A stretch of DNA of 64,000 nt from an uncultured Actinomycetota bacterium (GTDB lineage Bacteria; Actinomycetota; Actinomycetes; DATJPE01): NCBI GenBank assembly GCA_963819985.1, contig CAWFYH010000004.1, forward strand, positions 397,422 to 461,421. Reading direction: 5' to 3'. The number at the start of each line of letters is the position of its first letter. Position 1 is the stretch's first letter. The translations under genes and the position numbers were made by a program. The notes beneath the pieces were generated by a model that ran no database searches, was not told where the DNA came from, and saw nothing but the letters and a program-made list of their open reading frames with translations. This document shows positions 17,195 through 26,274 of this stretch, in pieces.

Positions 17195-18730
17195 TCAGCT
17201 ACCGCTCACGACCCACTTCCACGCCGCCCTCGAGGGCGCGTCGAGCAGGCGGTACTCGGGGTTGGCGACCGCACCCCCGAAGGCGTCGAAGTAGTTGACG
17301 AACGTCGCGTCATGCGAGCGGAAGTATTCCGCGGAGGCCTTGAGCCAGGCCGCCCGGTCCTGCCCGTTGTCTCCGGGGGCGAGTTTGCTCGCGAACTCAC
17401 CGAGCCCCCAGGGCTTGCCCATGGACTCCGACGCGATACGCAGGTCGTCGAGGATGCTCGCCGGGCTGTCGTAGGTGCCGTTGTCACGGCCACGGTTGTA
17501 ACAGTCCCAGCCCATCAGGTCCACCACGTCAGAGCCCGGGTAGTAGTCCTTCCAGTCACGACCCGAACCCTTCCTGAGGTCGTAGCACATCCAGATCGTG
17601 GCCGTGTGCAGGCGTGGATTGCCGGCAGCGTCGGCCAGCCCATCGAGCCGGCGCAACGCCTCTCGGTACTGGGTGGCCGTGAACTGACCCTTCTCGATGT
17701 TGTCCTCGGGCTCGTGGAAGTTGGTCCAGTAGATGTCGCGGTCACGCGGTGCGTTCGCGAACCAGTTCCGGAAGAAGCCGTCGAGGTTCCCGGACACCAC
17801 CTGCTGGGGCGACGCCTTGAACGAGACGACGACCGGTCCGCCCGTGCTACCTGCCTTGCCAGGCCATGCCGACGGCATGCCCGGGAAGAAGACGCGAACC
17901 ACCTTCAGCCCGCCGTAGTTGGCATTGGATCGGGCGAGGGCCGTCGCGAACGACGTACCGTCCCCGGTGTAGACGCTCGCACCGAACAGCGTGTTGCCCT
18001 TCGCCGCCGACGGAGGCTTCGGGTTGTCGGACTTTGCCGGCTCGGACTTGGTTGGTTCAGGCTTCGCCGTCGCCGACTCGGTTGGTGACGGTTTGGGCTT
18101 TTCAGTCTTGGTGGGCTTCGGCGCTGGCTTGGCCTCGGGCTGGTCGCGGTCGGTCAGCACCTTGCGGACGTCGACGTCGTCGACGCTGAACGTGTCTCCC
18201 TTGGCGGCCTTCAGCGCCAACACCTGCACAGCGATCTGCGTACCGTCGCCGACGGCGGTGTACTCAGCCGAGAGCTGGTGCCAGGCGCCATCGGTCAGGA
18301 CAGCCTTCGACTCGGTCTTGCCCACCAAGGACAGTCCGGCCACCTCGCGGAACCTGAAGGTCACACCGAGGCGCGGAGTGTCGGTGCGAACCCAGACCGA
18401 GGCGACATACCGGTCGCCCTTGGCGGCGGACGCAATGACGTTGGGGCTGTCGTTCAGCAGCAGGTTGGTTCGCGCCAGCGCAGTCAGCTTGGCCGCCCGT
18501 CGGCTTTCATGCCCCGCGCCGCTGCTCAGCGTGACCTTCGAGTTCTGGGTGTTCCATCCGGCGTTGCCCGACTCGAAGTCGGGGTTGCTGACCAGGTTGT
18601 CGGACAGCCGCGGCGCCTCGGCCGTAGCCGCACCGTTGACGCTCAGGATGGCGGCCACGAGGGCCGCGGCGCCGGCTGCGGCCACCAGAGAAATTGCCGT
18701 TCGAGGGCGTTGAACAGCGTGTCGACCCAT
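17195..18730 (-). CDS. Secreted CBM4/9-like domain + Pro/Lys/Thr linker + GH26-like hydrolase
   Basis: Sec signal; NLVSNPDFESG (CBM_4_9-like); PKPT linker; NFHEPEDNI, VDLMGWDCYN, GLGEFA. GGAG RBS. Confidence 0.78.
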   Translation of the reverse strand: MGRHAVQRPRTAISLVAAAGAAALVAAILSVNGAATAEAPRLSDNLVSNPDFESGNAGWNTQNSKVTLSSGAGHESRRAAKLTALARTNLLLNDSPNVIASAAKGDRYVASVWVRTDTPRLGVTFRFREVAGLSLVGKTESKAVLTDGAWHQLSAEYTAVGDGTQIAVQVLALKAAKGDTFSVDDVDVRKVLTDRDQPEAKPAPKPTKTEKPKPSPTESATAKPEPTKSEPAKSDNPKPPSAAKGNTLFGASVYTGDGTSFATALARSNANYGGLKVVRVFFPGMPSAWPGKAGSTGGPVVVSFKASPQQVVSGNLDGFFRNWFANAPRDRDIYWTNFHEPEDNIEKGQFTATQYREALRRLDGLADAAGNPRLHTATIWMCYDLRKGSGRDWKDYYPGSDVVDLMGWDCYNRGRDNGTYDSPASILDDLRIASESMGKPWGLGEFASKLAPGDNGQDRAAWLKASAEYFRSHDATFVNYFDAFGGAVANPEYRLLDAPSRAAWKWVVSGS

Positions 18731-19111
18731 GAGGTTGCACTCCGATTTCGTTGGTGACCCGCGCACGGGTGGAAGGGGAACAAGTCCGTCCCGCCTGTTT
18801 TCGGCCGGAGGTCGAGGACCCTTGACCAGCCCGATCCGGCGTCGGGCGTCGACGGTACGTAGTGATCGCGCGAGGACCAAAGCCCCCTCGCAGCACAGAT
18901 CTGGCGTCATCCACAGCGGGGAAGAGGCCGTTGACTACCGTCCGTCACCACATGCCGCGAATCGTCGGCGTCGCGGCGGGCGTGTCCGCACGCTGGGTGA
19001 GGGCATGGTGAAGCCGGTCACAGCCTGGAGCTGTCGCCGTGACCTGGCTCACACCGACGGGCCCGGGGCCGTTTCATGACGCCGCCGGACACCAAGTTGC
19101 TGCGATCGGGT

Positions 19112-19129
19112 GTCACCCGAATGGGTGAC
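19112..19129. terminator. Hairpin downstream of the priming transferase gene
   Basis: GTCACCC-gaat-GGGTGAC, a 7-bp perfect stem about 35 nt after the stop at 19163. Confidence 0.4.
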
Positions 19130-19162
19130 GCGATTCGGCCGATGGCGCGCCGGAGGGTCGCG

Positions 19163-20836
19163 CTAGTAGGCCCCTTCGCCCTTCGCCACCGCACGGAAGG
19201 TCTTCCACAAGATCACCACGTCGAAAGCGATGGACCAGTTGTCGACGTATCTGAGGTCGAGGCGGACCGACTCCTCCCACGCCAGGTCAGAGCGGCCGCT
19301 CACCTGCCAGAGGCCGGTCATCCCGGGCTTGACCAGGAGGCGACGCTTGACCTCGTCGTCGTAGGCCGAGACCTCTTCTCCCAGAGGCGGGCGGGGACCG
19401 ACCAAGGACATCTGCCCCATCACGACGTTGAGCAGCTGGGGCAGCTCGTCCAGGGAGTACCGACGCATCCAACGCCCGACGGAGGTGATGCGGGGGTCGT
19501 CATGCATCTTGAACATCAACCCGTCGCGGTCACTGTGGTCCAGCAGGTCTGCCCGCGCGTCCTCCGCGTCCACAACCATGGAGCGGAACTTGATCATCTT
19601 GAACTCACGACCGGCACGTCCGATGCGGGTCTGCCGGAAGAACACGGGACCGGGCGAGCTGCGTCGGATGGCTACGGCGATGGCGAGCAGCGCTGGGGAG
19701 AGCACGACCAAGACCACCAGAGCAGTGATCCGGTCGAACAAACCCTTGCCGACCCGGCTGAACCCGCTGAACCTCGGCTTGGCCAAGTTGAGCAGCGGCA
19801 GCCCGTCGACAGGGGTGACGTGAACCCGGGGGCCGGCCACCTCGATCAGCCCGGCAGAGACAAGCAGCTCCGCCTCCGTGCCCTCGAGGTCCCATGACAG
19901 CCGTCGGAGGTTGGGCCCGGCCATGACCGGGCCGGTCAAGACAGCGACGACATCGGCCCGATGCGTTCGTACGGCCTCGACCGCCCGCTCGACTCCTACC
20001 AGGGTCGGAAGGCCGGCCTCTCGAACTGCGACGTGATCGCTTCCGTACGTCAGGCACACGGCGACCGGCTCGAGGCCGTGGAACGGCCATCTCCGCAGCT
20101 GGGTGACCAAGCCGAGGGCCGATCTGTCGTCTCCGACGATGACAACCCGCTTCATGCACTCGCCACGGGCTCGGCGATGATGCAGCCGTCGCCGCAGCAA
20201 GTAGCGCCCGGCCAGATCGAGCAGGACGGTGAAGGGCAAGACCACGAGCACGAACCCGCGTGCGACGGTCAGCTGGAGCGCATAGGCGACGAAAGCGGCG
20301 CTCGCCACGAGGGCGACGCCTGCGGACATGACACGACGGTATTCGTCTGAGCCGATCCCGAAGATCCGCTCGTCATAGGCCCGGGCGAGCCCCAGCAGGC
20401 CTACCCACACCAGGGGCAAGAGCATGGCCGAGACGATCATCACGGCGCGCTCGAAGGCGGCGGGGCGGATGAGCAAGGTGAGGATCGAGGCATCGATGGC
20501 GACCAGCACATCGACCATGAGGACCGAGGTGCGGTAACGCCGCTGCCACGGTTCGGTAGGTTCGGTCAACTCTGGGTGACCCGCCTCGCCCACCGTAGCT
20601 GTGGCGGTCATGGCGGAGGCGTCCAACCCATCGGGCAGGTCGCGCAGGGTGTCGACCGCGACGTCCTCCTGGTCAGGGATCACCCGCAGGGTGTCGACCC
20701 GGGCGTCGCCTTGATCAGGAACGACTCGCAGGGTGTCGATCTGCTCATCCTGGTGCTCATCCGCGTCAGGCACGACGCGCACCGTGTCGGAAACGAGCGG
20801 TGGCCGCGTCATGCGGACCTCGTCCTCGACCGACAT
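19163..20836 (-). CDS. Priming polyprenyl-phosphate sugar-1-P transferase (WcaJ/CpsE family)
   Basis: TM region, Rossmann-like VVIVG domain, Bac_transf motifs FFRQTRIG, KFRSM, DPRIT, LDELPQL, SLVGPRP, KPGMTGLWQV. GGGGAG RBS before ATG 20836. Confidence 0.93.
   Translation of the reverse strand: MSVEDEVRMTRPPLVSDTVRVVPDADEHQDEQIDTLRVVPDQGDARVDTLRVIPDQEDVAVDTLRDLPDGLDASAMTATATVGEAGHPELTEPTEPWQRRYRTSVLMVDVLVAIDASILTLLIRPAAFERAVMIVSAMLLPLVWVGLLGLARAYDERIFGIGSDEYRRVMSAGVALVASAAFVAYALQLTVARGFVLVVLPFTVLLDLAGRYLLRRRLHHRRARGECMKRVVIVGDDRSALGLVTQLRRWPFHGLEPVAVCLTYGSDHVAVREAGLPTLVGVERAVEAVRTHRADVVAVLTGPVMAGPNLRRLSWDLEGTEAELLVSAGLIEVAGPRVHVTPVDGLPLLNLAKPRFSGFSRVGKGLFDRITALVVLVVLSPALLAIAVAIRRSSPGPVFFRQTRIGRAGREFKMIKFRSMVVDAEDARADLLDHSDRDGLMFKMHDDPRITSVGRWMRRYSLDELPQLLNVVMGQMSLVGPRPPLGEEVSAYDDEVKRRLLVKPGMTGLWQVSGRSDLAWEESVRLDLRYVDNWSIAFDVVILWKTFRAVAKGEGAY
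20643..20790 (-). repeat. Intragenic tandem repeat encoding [IV]DT[LV]R[VD][VIL]PD x4
   Basis: CGCAGGGTGTCGA at 20643, 20685 and 20727 (42-bp period), plus a degenerate copy at 20778. Confidence 0.8.
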
Positions 20837-21112
20837 AACTCCCCTAGCCTGTGCACCTACGAACCAATTCGCCGCTTTCGGTTGCGCCAAGCCCGGGTGA
20901 GCCGGCGGCCTTCTGCGGCGGTGTGCTGAGTCAAGCAGGCTCGAGCACCGGGCAACAGCCCCGGCGCGCGGATCGAGCCGAACGGTTGACCCCGGCCCTG
21001 TCCAACGGACTAACCCAATGGAGTCAAAGCAATTCTCTGCGTGACAAGGACGGTCCCGAGCCGACGAAAACCGCCGAGAGACCGGCCCCTGCGGTCGCCC
21101 TCGATGAGACCG

Positions 21113-21688
21113 TCACGGGATGACGTTGTACGTGTTCTGGGCGGTTCCCAGCCCGTCCTCGACCAACGATTCACAGGCATCGGCTGCCCGCTCGACGATG
21201 GCGCCGAGCTCTCCTCGCTCCGCGGCGGAGAAGTCTCGAAGGACGAACGCCGCAGGATCCATCCGACCCGGCGGTCGACCGATGCCCACCCGGACCCGCG
21301 CATAGTCCGGGCCTTGGAGTGCACGAGTGATCGACCGCAGCCCGTTGTGACCACCGTCGCCTCCCCCCGCCTTGAGCCGCAGGATGCCGAAGTCGAGGTC
21401 CAGGTCGTCATGAACCACCACGAGCCTCCCCACCTCGACGCCGAAGAAGGAGCACAAGCCCGACACCGGCCCACCGGACTCGTTCATGAACGATCGCGGC
21501 TTGGCCAAGACCAGCTGCCGAGTCCCCAGCCGGCCCTCGACGATCTCGGCCCGGCTCTTGTGCACTTTGAACCGGGCACCGAAGCGCCCGGCCAGCCGGT
21601 CCACGACCTGGTATCCCACGTTGTGCCGATTGCCGGCGTAGCCAGGCCCGGGGTTCCCGAGTCCGACGACCAGCCAGCATTCAGACAT
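21113..21688 (-). CDS. pth: Peptidyl-tRNA hydrolase
   Basis: [27 protein letters not shown]. Confidence 0.97.
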   Translation of the reverse strand: MSECWLVVGLGNPGPGYAGNRHNVGYQVVDRLAGRFGARFKVHKSRAEIVEGRLGTRQLVLAKPRSFMNESGGPVSGLCSFFGVEVGRLVVVHDDLDLDFGILRLKAGGGDGGHNGLRSITRALQGPDYARVRVGIGRPPGRMDPAAFVLRDFSAAERGELGAIVERAADACESLVEDGLGTAQNTYNVIP

Positions 21689-21732
21689 GCCGTACGGCTC
21701 CCGTCAGCAAGCCGGTCGAGACGTTGCGGTCG

Positions 21733-22365
21733 TCAGGACTCGTCGTTCGATGGAGCATCGCCGTCTTCGGAGTCCTCGGCAGCCTCACCCTCGACCGCCT
21801 CGAGCTCGTCTACCTCGGGCTCGGCCTCGACCTGCGGCGCGAGCACGTGGGCCACGAGCAGGTCGCCATCGATCTGCAATGAGGTGCCCGGCGGCAGGGT
21901 CAGGTCACTGGCGTGCACCTGCGTGCCTGGCGTGGACTTGTCGAGGTCAAAGGTGAGCTCAGAGGGAATCGCAGTGGCTTCGGCCTCAACCGTGATCGTG
22001 TTCTCAACGATGTCAATGACGCCGCCGTCGACTGGTGATCCGGTGATGTGGAGGACCACGTCGACAACCACCTTCTCGCCCCGCTTCACCACGATCAGAT
22101 CGACGTGCTCGATCGTCCCGCGGATGGGGTCACGCTGGACCGACTTCGGCAGGGTCAGCTCGTTGCTCCCGTCGAGGGCGACCTCGAGCAGCACGTTGGC
22201 GCTCTTCAGCGCCAACATCAGCTCGTGCTCGGGCAGCGTTACGTGGCGTGGATCGGTCCCGTGGCCGTAGACGACGGCCGGCACTCGCGAAGCGCGCCGA
22301 GCGCGCCTGGCCGCTCCCTTGCCGAACTCGGTGCGTGGTTCGGCAGCGATCTGGATCTCGGGCAT
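21733..22365 (-). CDS. rplY: 50S ribosomal protein L25/Ctc
   Basis: EPRTEFGKGAARRAR, VPAVVYGHG, HVDL. GAGGAG RBS. Confidence 0.96.
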   Translation of the reverse strand: MPEIQIAAEPRTEFGKGAARRARRASRVPAVVYGHGTDPRHVTLPEHELMLALKSANVLLEVALDGSNELTLPKSVQRDPIRGTIEHVDLIVVKRGEKVVVDVVLHITGSPVDGGVIDIVENTITVEAEATAIPSELTFDLDKSTPGTQVHASDLTLPPGTSLQIDGDLLVAHVLAPQVEAEPEVDELEAVEGEAAEDSEDGDAPSNDES

Positions 22366-22557
22366 GCGGCGGGGCTCCTCGAAGACGCGCGCGGCGGGCC
22401 CGCGCTGACTGGTGCGGTCGACCCGGCGCAGGACACGGCCGGGGACCGCGTCGATCACGGAGGACGAACGGGACGTTCGCTCCCTCGCCGAGGCAACAGG
22501 CGAAGTGTAGGCCCAGTCAGGGAACCGCCCAAAATCGGGTTCAGCCTGGGCGAAGGG

Positions 22558-23538
22558 TCAAGCGTTGCCGTCGAAAAGGCTGGTCACGGAACCGTCGTCG
22601 AAGACTTCACGGATGGCGCGAGCCAGCAGCGGAGCGATCGAAAGCACGGTCAGCTTGTCAAAACGGTGCTCGTCGGGAATCGGGAGGGTATCGGTGACGA
22701 CGACCTCTGAGACCCGAGAGTTCTTCAGCAGGTCGATGGCCGGCGGGGAGAAGATCGCGTGGGTCGCGGCGATGATGACGTCGGCTGCGCCGGCCTCGAA
22801 CAGGGCGTCTGCGGCCTTCGTGATCGTGCCTCCTGTGTCGATCATGTCGTCCTGCAGGATGCACGTCAGCCCATCGACGTCACCGACGACACGGTTGGCT
22901 TTCGCTTCGTTGGGGCGGTCCCGGTCGCGGGTCTTGTGGATGAAGGCCAGGGGCGCCCCACCCAGGGTCTCCGACCAGCGCTCGGCCAACCGCAGGCGGC
23001 CGGCATCGGGCGAGACCACGGCAACGCGGGAGCGATCGACCCGTCGCCCGACATGGCTCGCAAGGAGCGGCAAGGCGAAGAGGTGATCCACCGGCCCGTC
23101 GAAGAAGCCCTGAATCTGAGCGGTGTGCAGGTCGACGGCCATCAGCCGGTCCGCACCTGCAGACTTGAACAGGTCGGCCATCAGCCGCGCCGAGATCGGC
23201 TCACGCCCGCGGTGCTTCTTGTCCTGCCGTGCGTACCCATAGAAAGGGAGGACCACGGTGATCCGCTTGGCCGACGCCCGTTTGAGCGCGTCAACCATGA
23301 TCAGCTGTTCCATGATCCACTTGTTGATGTCCTGGGAGTGCGACTGCATGACGAAGGCGTCACTGCCGCGGACTGACTCCTGGAAACGGACGAAGATCTC
23401 GCCATTGGCGAAGTCGTAGGCCGTCGTGGGAACGAGTTCGACGCCCAGCTCCTCGGCGACCTGCTCGGCGAGCTCCGGGTGCGCGCGTCCGGAGAAGAGC
23501 TTGAGTGTCTTCTCGTTGGGCGTCTTGATACCGCTCAC
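22558..23538 (-). CDS. prs: Ribose-phosphate pyrophosphokinase
   Basis: FANGEI, YARQDKK, VVSPDAG, DDMIDTGGT. Confidence 0.97.
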   Translation of the reverse strand: MSGIKTPNEKTLKLFSGRAHPELAEQVAEELGVELVPTTAYDFANGEIFVRFQESVRGSDAFVMQSHSQDINKWIMEQLIMVDALKRASAKRITVVLPFYGYARQDKKHRGREPISARLMADLFKSAGADRLMAVDLHTAQIQGFFDGPVDHLFALPLLASHVGRRVDRSRVAVVSPDAGRLRLAERWSETLGGAPLAFIHKTRDRDRPNEAKANRVVGDVDGLTCILQDDMIDTGGTITKAADALFEAGAADVIIAATHAIFSPPAIDLLKNSRVSEVVVTDTLPIPDEHRFDKLTVLSIAPLLARAIREVFDDGSVTSLFDGNA

Positions 23539-25067
23539 ACGTTCTGCCCCTCGGGTGCGTCTGGCGAGCTGGTCGTCTCGCCAGAGGACGAGTCGGACGA
23601 CTCCCCGTCAAGGGGGCCTGCGGAGGATTGTGCCCCTTCCCGCGCCGAGCCCGCGCGGGAGGCAGCTTGGTCAGCTGCCGTACCTGCTCGCTTGCGCGCC
23701 ACCCAGCCCTCGATGTTGCGCTGCCTGGCCCGGGCGACGCCCATGGCACCAGGCGGAACGTCTTGGTCGATCACCGACCCGGCGGCGGTGTAGGCACCGT
23801 CGCCGATCGTCACTGGCGCGATCAGCATGGTGTCGCTCCCGACGCGCACGTGGTCGCCCACCACCGTCCGATGCTTGCCGACGCCGTCGTAGTTGACAAA
23901 GACCGTCGCAGCTCCGATGTTGGCGCCCTCGCCGACCTCAGCGTCCCCGACGTAGGAGAGGTGCGGGACCTTTGAGCCGGGCCCGATGGTGGAGTTCTTG
24001 ACCTCGACGAAAGCCCCGATGCGTCCACCGACACCGAGCTCGGTGCCGGGACGAACGTAGGAGAATGGCCCGACCAGTGCATCGTCGGCCACCTCCGCGC
24101 CGTCGAGGTGGCTGCGGATCACCCGCGCCCCGGCGCCCACGACCGTGTCTCGCAGCGTCGAGTCCGGCCCGATGACGGCACCCGCCGCAATAACGGTCGT
24201 CCCGTGGAGCTGCACCCCGGGCAGCAGGGTGACCTCAGCGGCGAGAACGACTCCGACGTCCAACCAGACGGTCGTCGGGTCGACGACCGTCACCCCAGCC
24301 CGCATCCAGCCCGTGAGCAACCGGTCACGCAGGCACGCACCCGCCTGCGCCAGCTGGACACGGTCATTGACACCCAAGACCTCCACGGCATCGTCAACGA
24401 CAACCGCCGCGACCGCTCGTCCGTCCGCCGTCAGCAGCCCGATGACGTCTGTGAGGTATTCCTCTCCTTGGCTGTTGTCACGGTCGAGGCGGCCCAAGGC
24501 GTCACGGAGGGCCACCACATCGAATGCATAGACACCGGAGTTCACCTCCCGGACACTTCGCTGCTCGGCGGTGGCGTCGCGGTCTTCGACAATTGCTTCG
24601 ACGAGCAGGTCGGGGTTGCGCATCACCCGTCCGTAGCCCGTCGGGTCATCGACGATGGCTGTGAGCACGGTCGCCGCCGCCCCGGAGTCTTGCTGGCAGC
24701 TCAGCAATCCGTCCAAGGCCTGCGAGGTCAGGAGTGGCGTGTCACCAGCAAGCACGATCACCACACCACGCTCGGCCGCGACGGTCTCCAGCGCAAGTCG
24801 TACGGCGTGCCCGGTGCCGAGCTGCTCGGACTGCTCGATGGTCCGGGCGCCGAGGTTCAACCCCACGACGTGCGCGGCTACCCGCTCCTTGGCGTGCCCG
24901 ACAACAACGACCAGCTCATCCGGGCCGATCGCTCGAGTGGTCTGCAGGACGTGACTGACCAGGCTGCGACCGGCGATCTCGTGGAGCACCTTGGGCGTCG
25001 CCGAATGCATCCGGCGGCCTTCGCCGGCTGCAAGAACGATCGCGGCGACAGGACGGGGCGGACTCAC
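23535..25067 (-). CDS. glmU: Bifunctional GlmU
   Basis: LAAGEGRRM, EQLGTGHA, GYGR, EEYLTD, hexapeptide repeats, PHLSYVGD. Confidence 0.97.
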   Translation of the reverse strand: MSPPRPVAAIVLAAGEGRRMHSATPKVLHEIAGRSLVSHVLQTTRAIGPDELVVVVGHAKERVAAHVVGLNLGARTIEQSEQLGTGHAVRLALETVAAERGVVIVLAGDTPLLTSQALDGLLSCQQDSGAAATVLTAIVDDPTGYGRVMRNPDLLVEAIVEDRDATAEQRSVREVNSGVYAFDVVALRDALGRLDRDNSQGEEYLTDVIGLLTADGRAVAAVVVDDAVEVLGVNDRVQLAQAGACLRDRLLTGWMRAGVTVVDPTTVWLDVGVVLAAEVTLLPGVQLHGTTVIAAGAVIGPDSTLRDTVVGAGARVIRSHLDGAEVADDALVGPFSYVRPGTELGVGGRIGAFVEVKNSTIGPGSKVPHLSYVGDAEVGEGANIGAATVFVNYDGVGKHRTVVGDHVRVGSDTMLIAPVTIGDGAYTAAGSVIDQDVPPGAMGVARARQRNIEGWVARKRAGTAADQAASRAGSAREGAQSSAGPLDGESSDSSSGETTSSPDAPEGQNV

Positions 25068-25138
25068 TGGCTCACCGGAGACACCGAGCTCCACGCTCCC
25101 TGAACGACGTCGGCGGGCGGGTCCAGCCTAACGGTGGG

Positions 25139-25209
25139 CTCCCGGGCGTGGATTCGAACCACGATGACGACTTCCAAAGAGTCGCGTCCTGCCATTGAAC
25201 GACCCGGGA
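25139..25209 (-). tRNA. tRNA-Gln(TTG)
   Basis: Acceptor TCCCGGG/CCCGGGA, anticodon stem CGACT-CTTTGGA-AGTCG, T-loop GTTCGAATC. CCA not encoded. Confidence 0.93.
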
Positions 25210-25335
25210 CCGGTGCATCAGGGTAGCCGCGACGGGTGAGTCGATCTGGACCGCAGGGAGCACGCCCTAGCAACCTACGCCACCGTAGGTTACGGTTGCG
25301 TAGCCAGGAACGTCCGCGAGTAGCGAAGGTGACCC

Positions 25336-26274
25336 GTGCCCGATCCCATGACCGCAGCGCTCGAGGACGTCCGTGCTTTCCACGGCGACGACCGCAAGAA
25401 GACCTGGGAGCAGATCGCCCTCGCCTTGTTCGTCGCGATCCCATTCCTGGCTGTCCTGCTCGCTGTTCCGGTTGCTTGGGGTTGGGGAATGGGATGGGCC
25501 GATGTGGCCCTCGCCCTCGGGTTCTACGTCTTCTCCGGCCTGGGCATCACCGTCGGTTTCCATCGCTACCTGACGCACGGTGCGTTCAAGGCCAAGCGCG
25601 CCCTGCGAGCCACGTTGGCCGTCGCCGGGTCACTCGCGATCGAGGGGCCGGTCATCCGCTGGGTAGCCGACCACCGCAAGCACCACGCGTTCAGTGACCG
25701 CGAAGGGGATCCGCACAGCCCGTGGCGCTACGGCGAAAGCGTGCGAGCGCTGACCAAGGGCCTCTGGTATGCGCACGTCGGATGGCTTTTCGACGTCGAG
25801 CAGACCAACCAGGCCAAGTACGCACCCGACCTGCTCAAGGACTCGACGATCGTACGGATCTCACGCTCCTTCCCCTGGCTGGTCGCGTTCTCCCTCCTCG
25901 GTCCGGCCCTCTTGGGCGGGCTCTTGACCTGGTCGTGGCAGGGGGCCGTAACCGCGTTCTTCTGGGCCGGCTTGGTCCGGGTCGGGCTCCTGCATCACGT
26001 GACGTGGTCGATCAACTCGTTGTGTCATGTCTACGGGTCCAAGCCCTTCGTGACCCGCGACCGCTCAGGGAACCTGGCATGGTTGGCCATTCCGTCCTTC
26101 GGTGAGTCCTGGCACAACCTGCACCATGCCGATCCCACCGCTGCCCGCCACGGGGTGCTGCCGGGCCAGATCGACCCAAGTGCCGCGGTGATCCGGGCCT
26201 TCGAGCGTGCGGGTTGGGCCTACGACGTGCGCTGGCCGACCGAAGAACGCCTCGCTGCTCGAAGGGCCGCCTAG
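25336..26274 (+). CDS. Acyl-CoA (delta-9) fatty acid desaturase
   Basis: His boxes GFHRYLTH, DHRKHH, WHNLHH. Confidence 0.93.
   Translation: MPDPMTAALEDVRAFHGDDRKKTWEQIALALFVAIPFLAVLLAVPVAWGWGMGWADVALALGFYVFSGLGITVGFHRYLTHGAFKAKRALRATLAVAGSLAIEGPVIRWVADHRKHHAFSDREGDPHSPWRYGESVRALTKGLWYAHVGWLFDVEQTNQAKYAPDLLKDSTIVRISRSFPWLVAFSLLGPALLGGLLTWSWQGAVTAFFWAGLVRVGLLHHVTWSINSLCHVYGSKPFVTRDRSGNLAWLAIPSFGESWHNLHHADPTAARHGVLPGQIDPSAAVIRAFERAGWAYDVRWPTEERLAARRAA

Noticed and set aside
4445-20985. GCCGAACGG at 4445, 17125 and 20977 as sigma-28/WhiG -10 elements
   Set aside because: Two of three copies face away from the downstream gene, no -35 TAAA is present, and a 9-mer is likely by chance.
25135-25139. 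Both tRNAs end in CCC-A rather than CCA
   Set aside because: Non-encoded CCA is common in actinobacteria; no att duplicate or integrase suggests an insertion.
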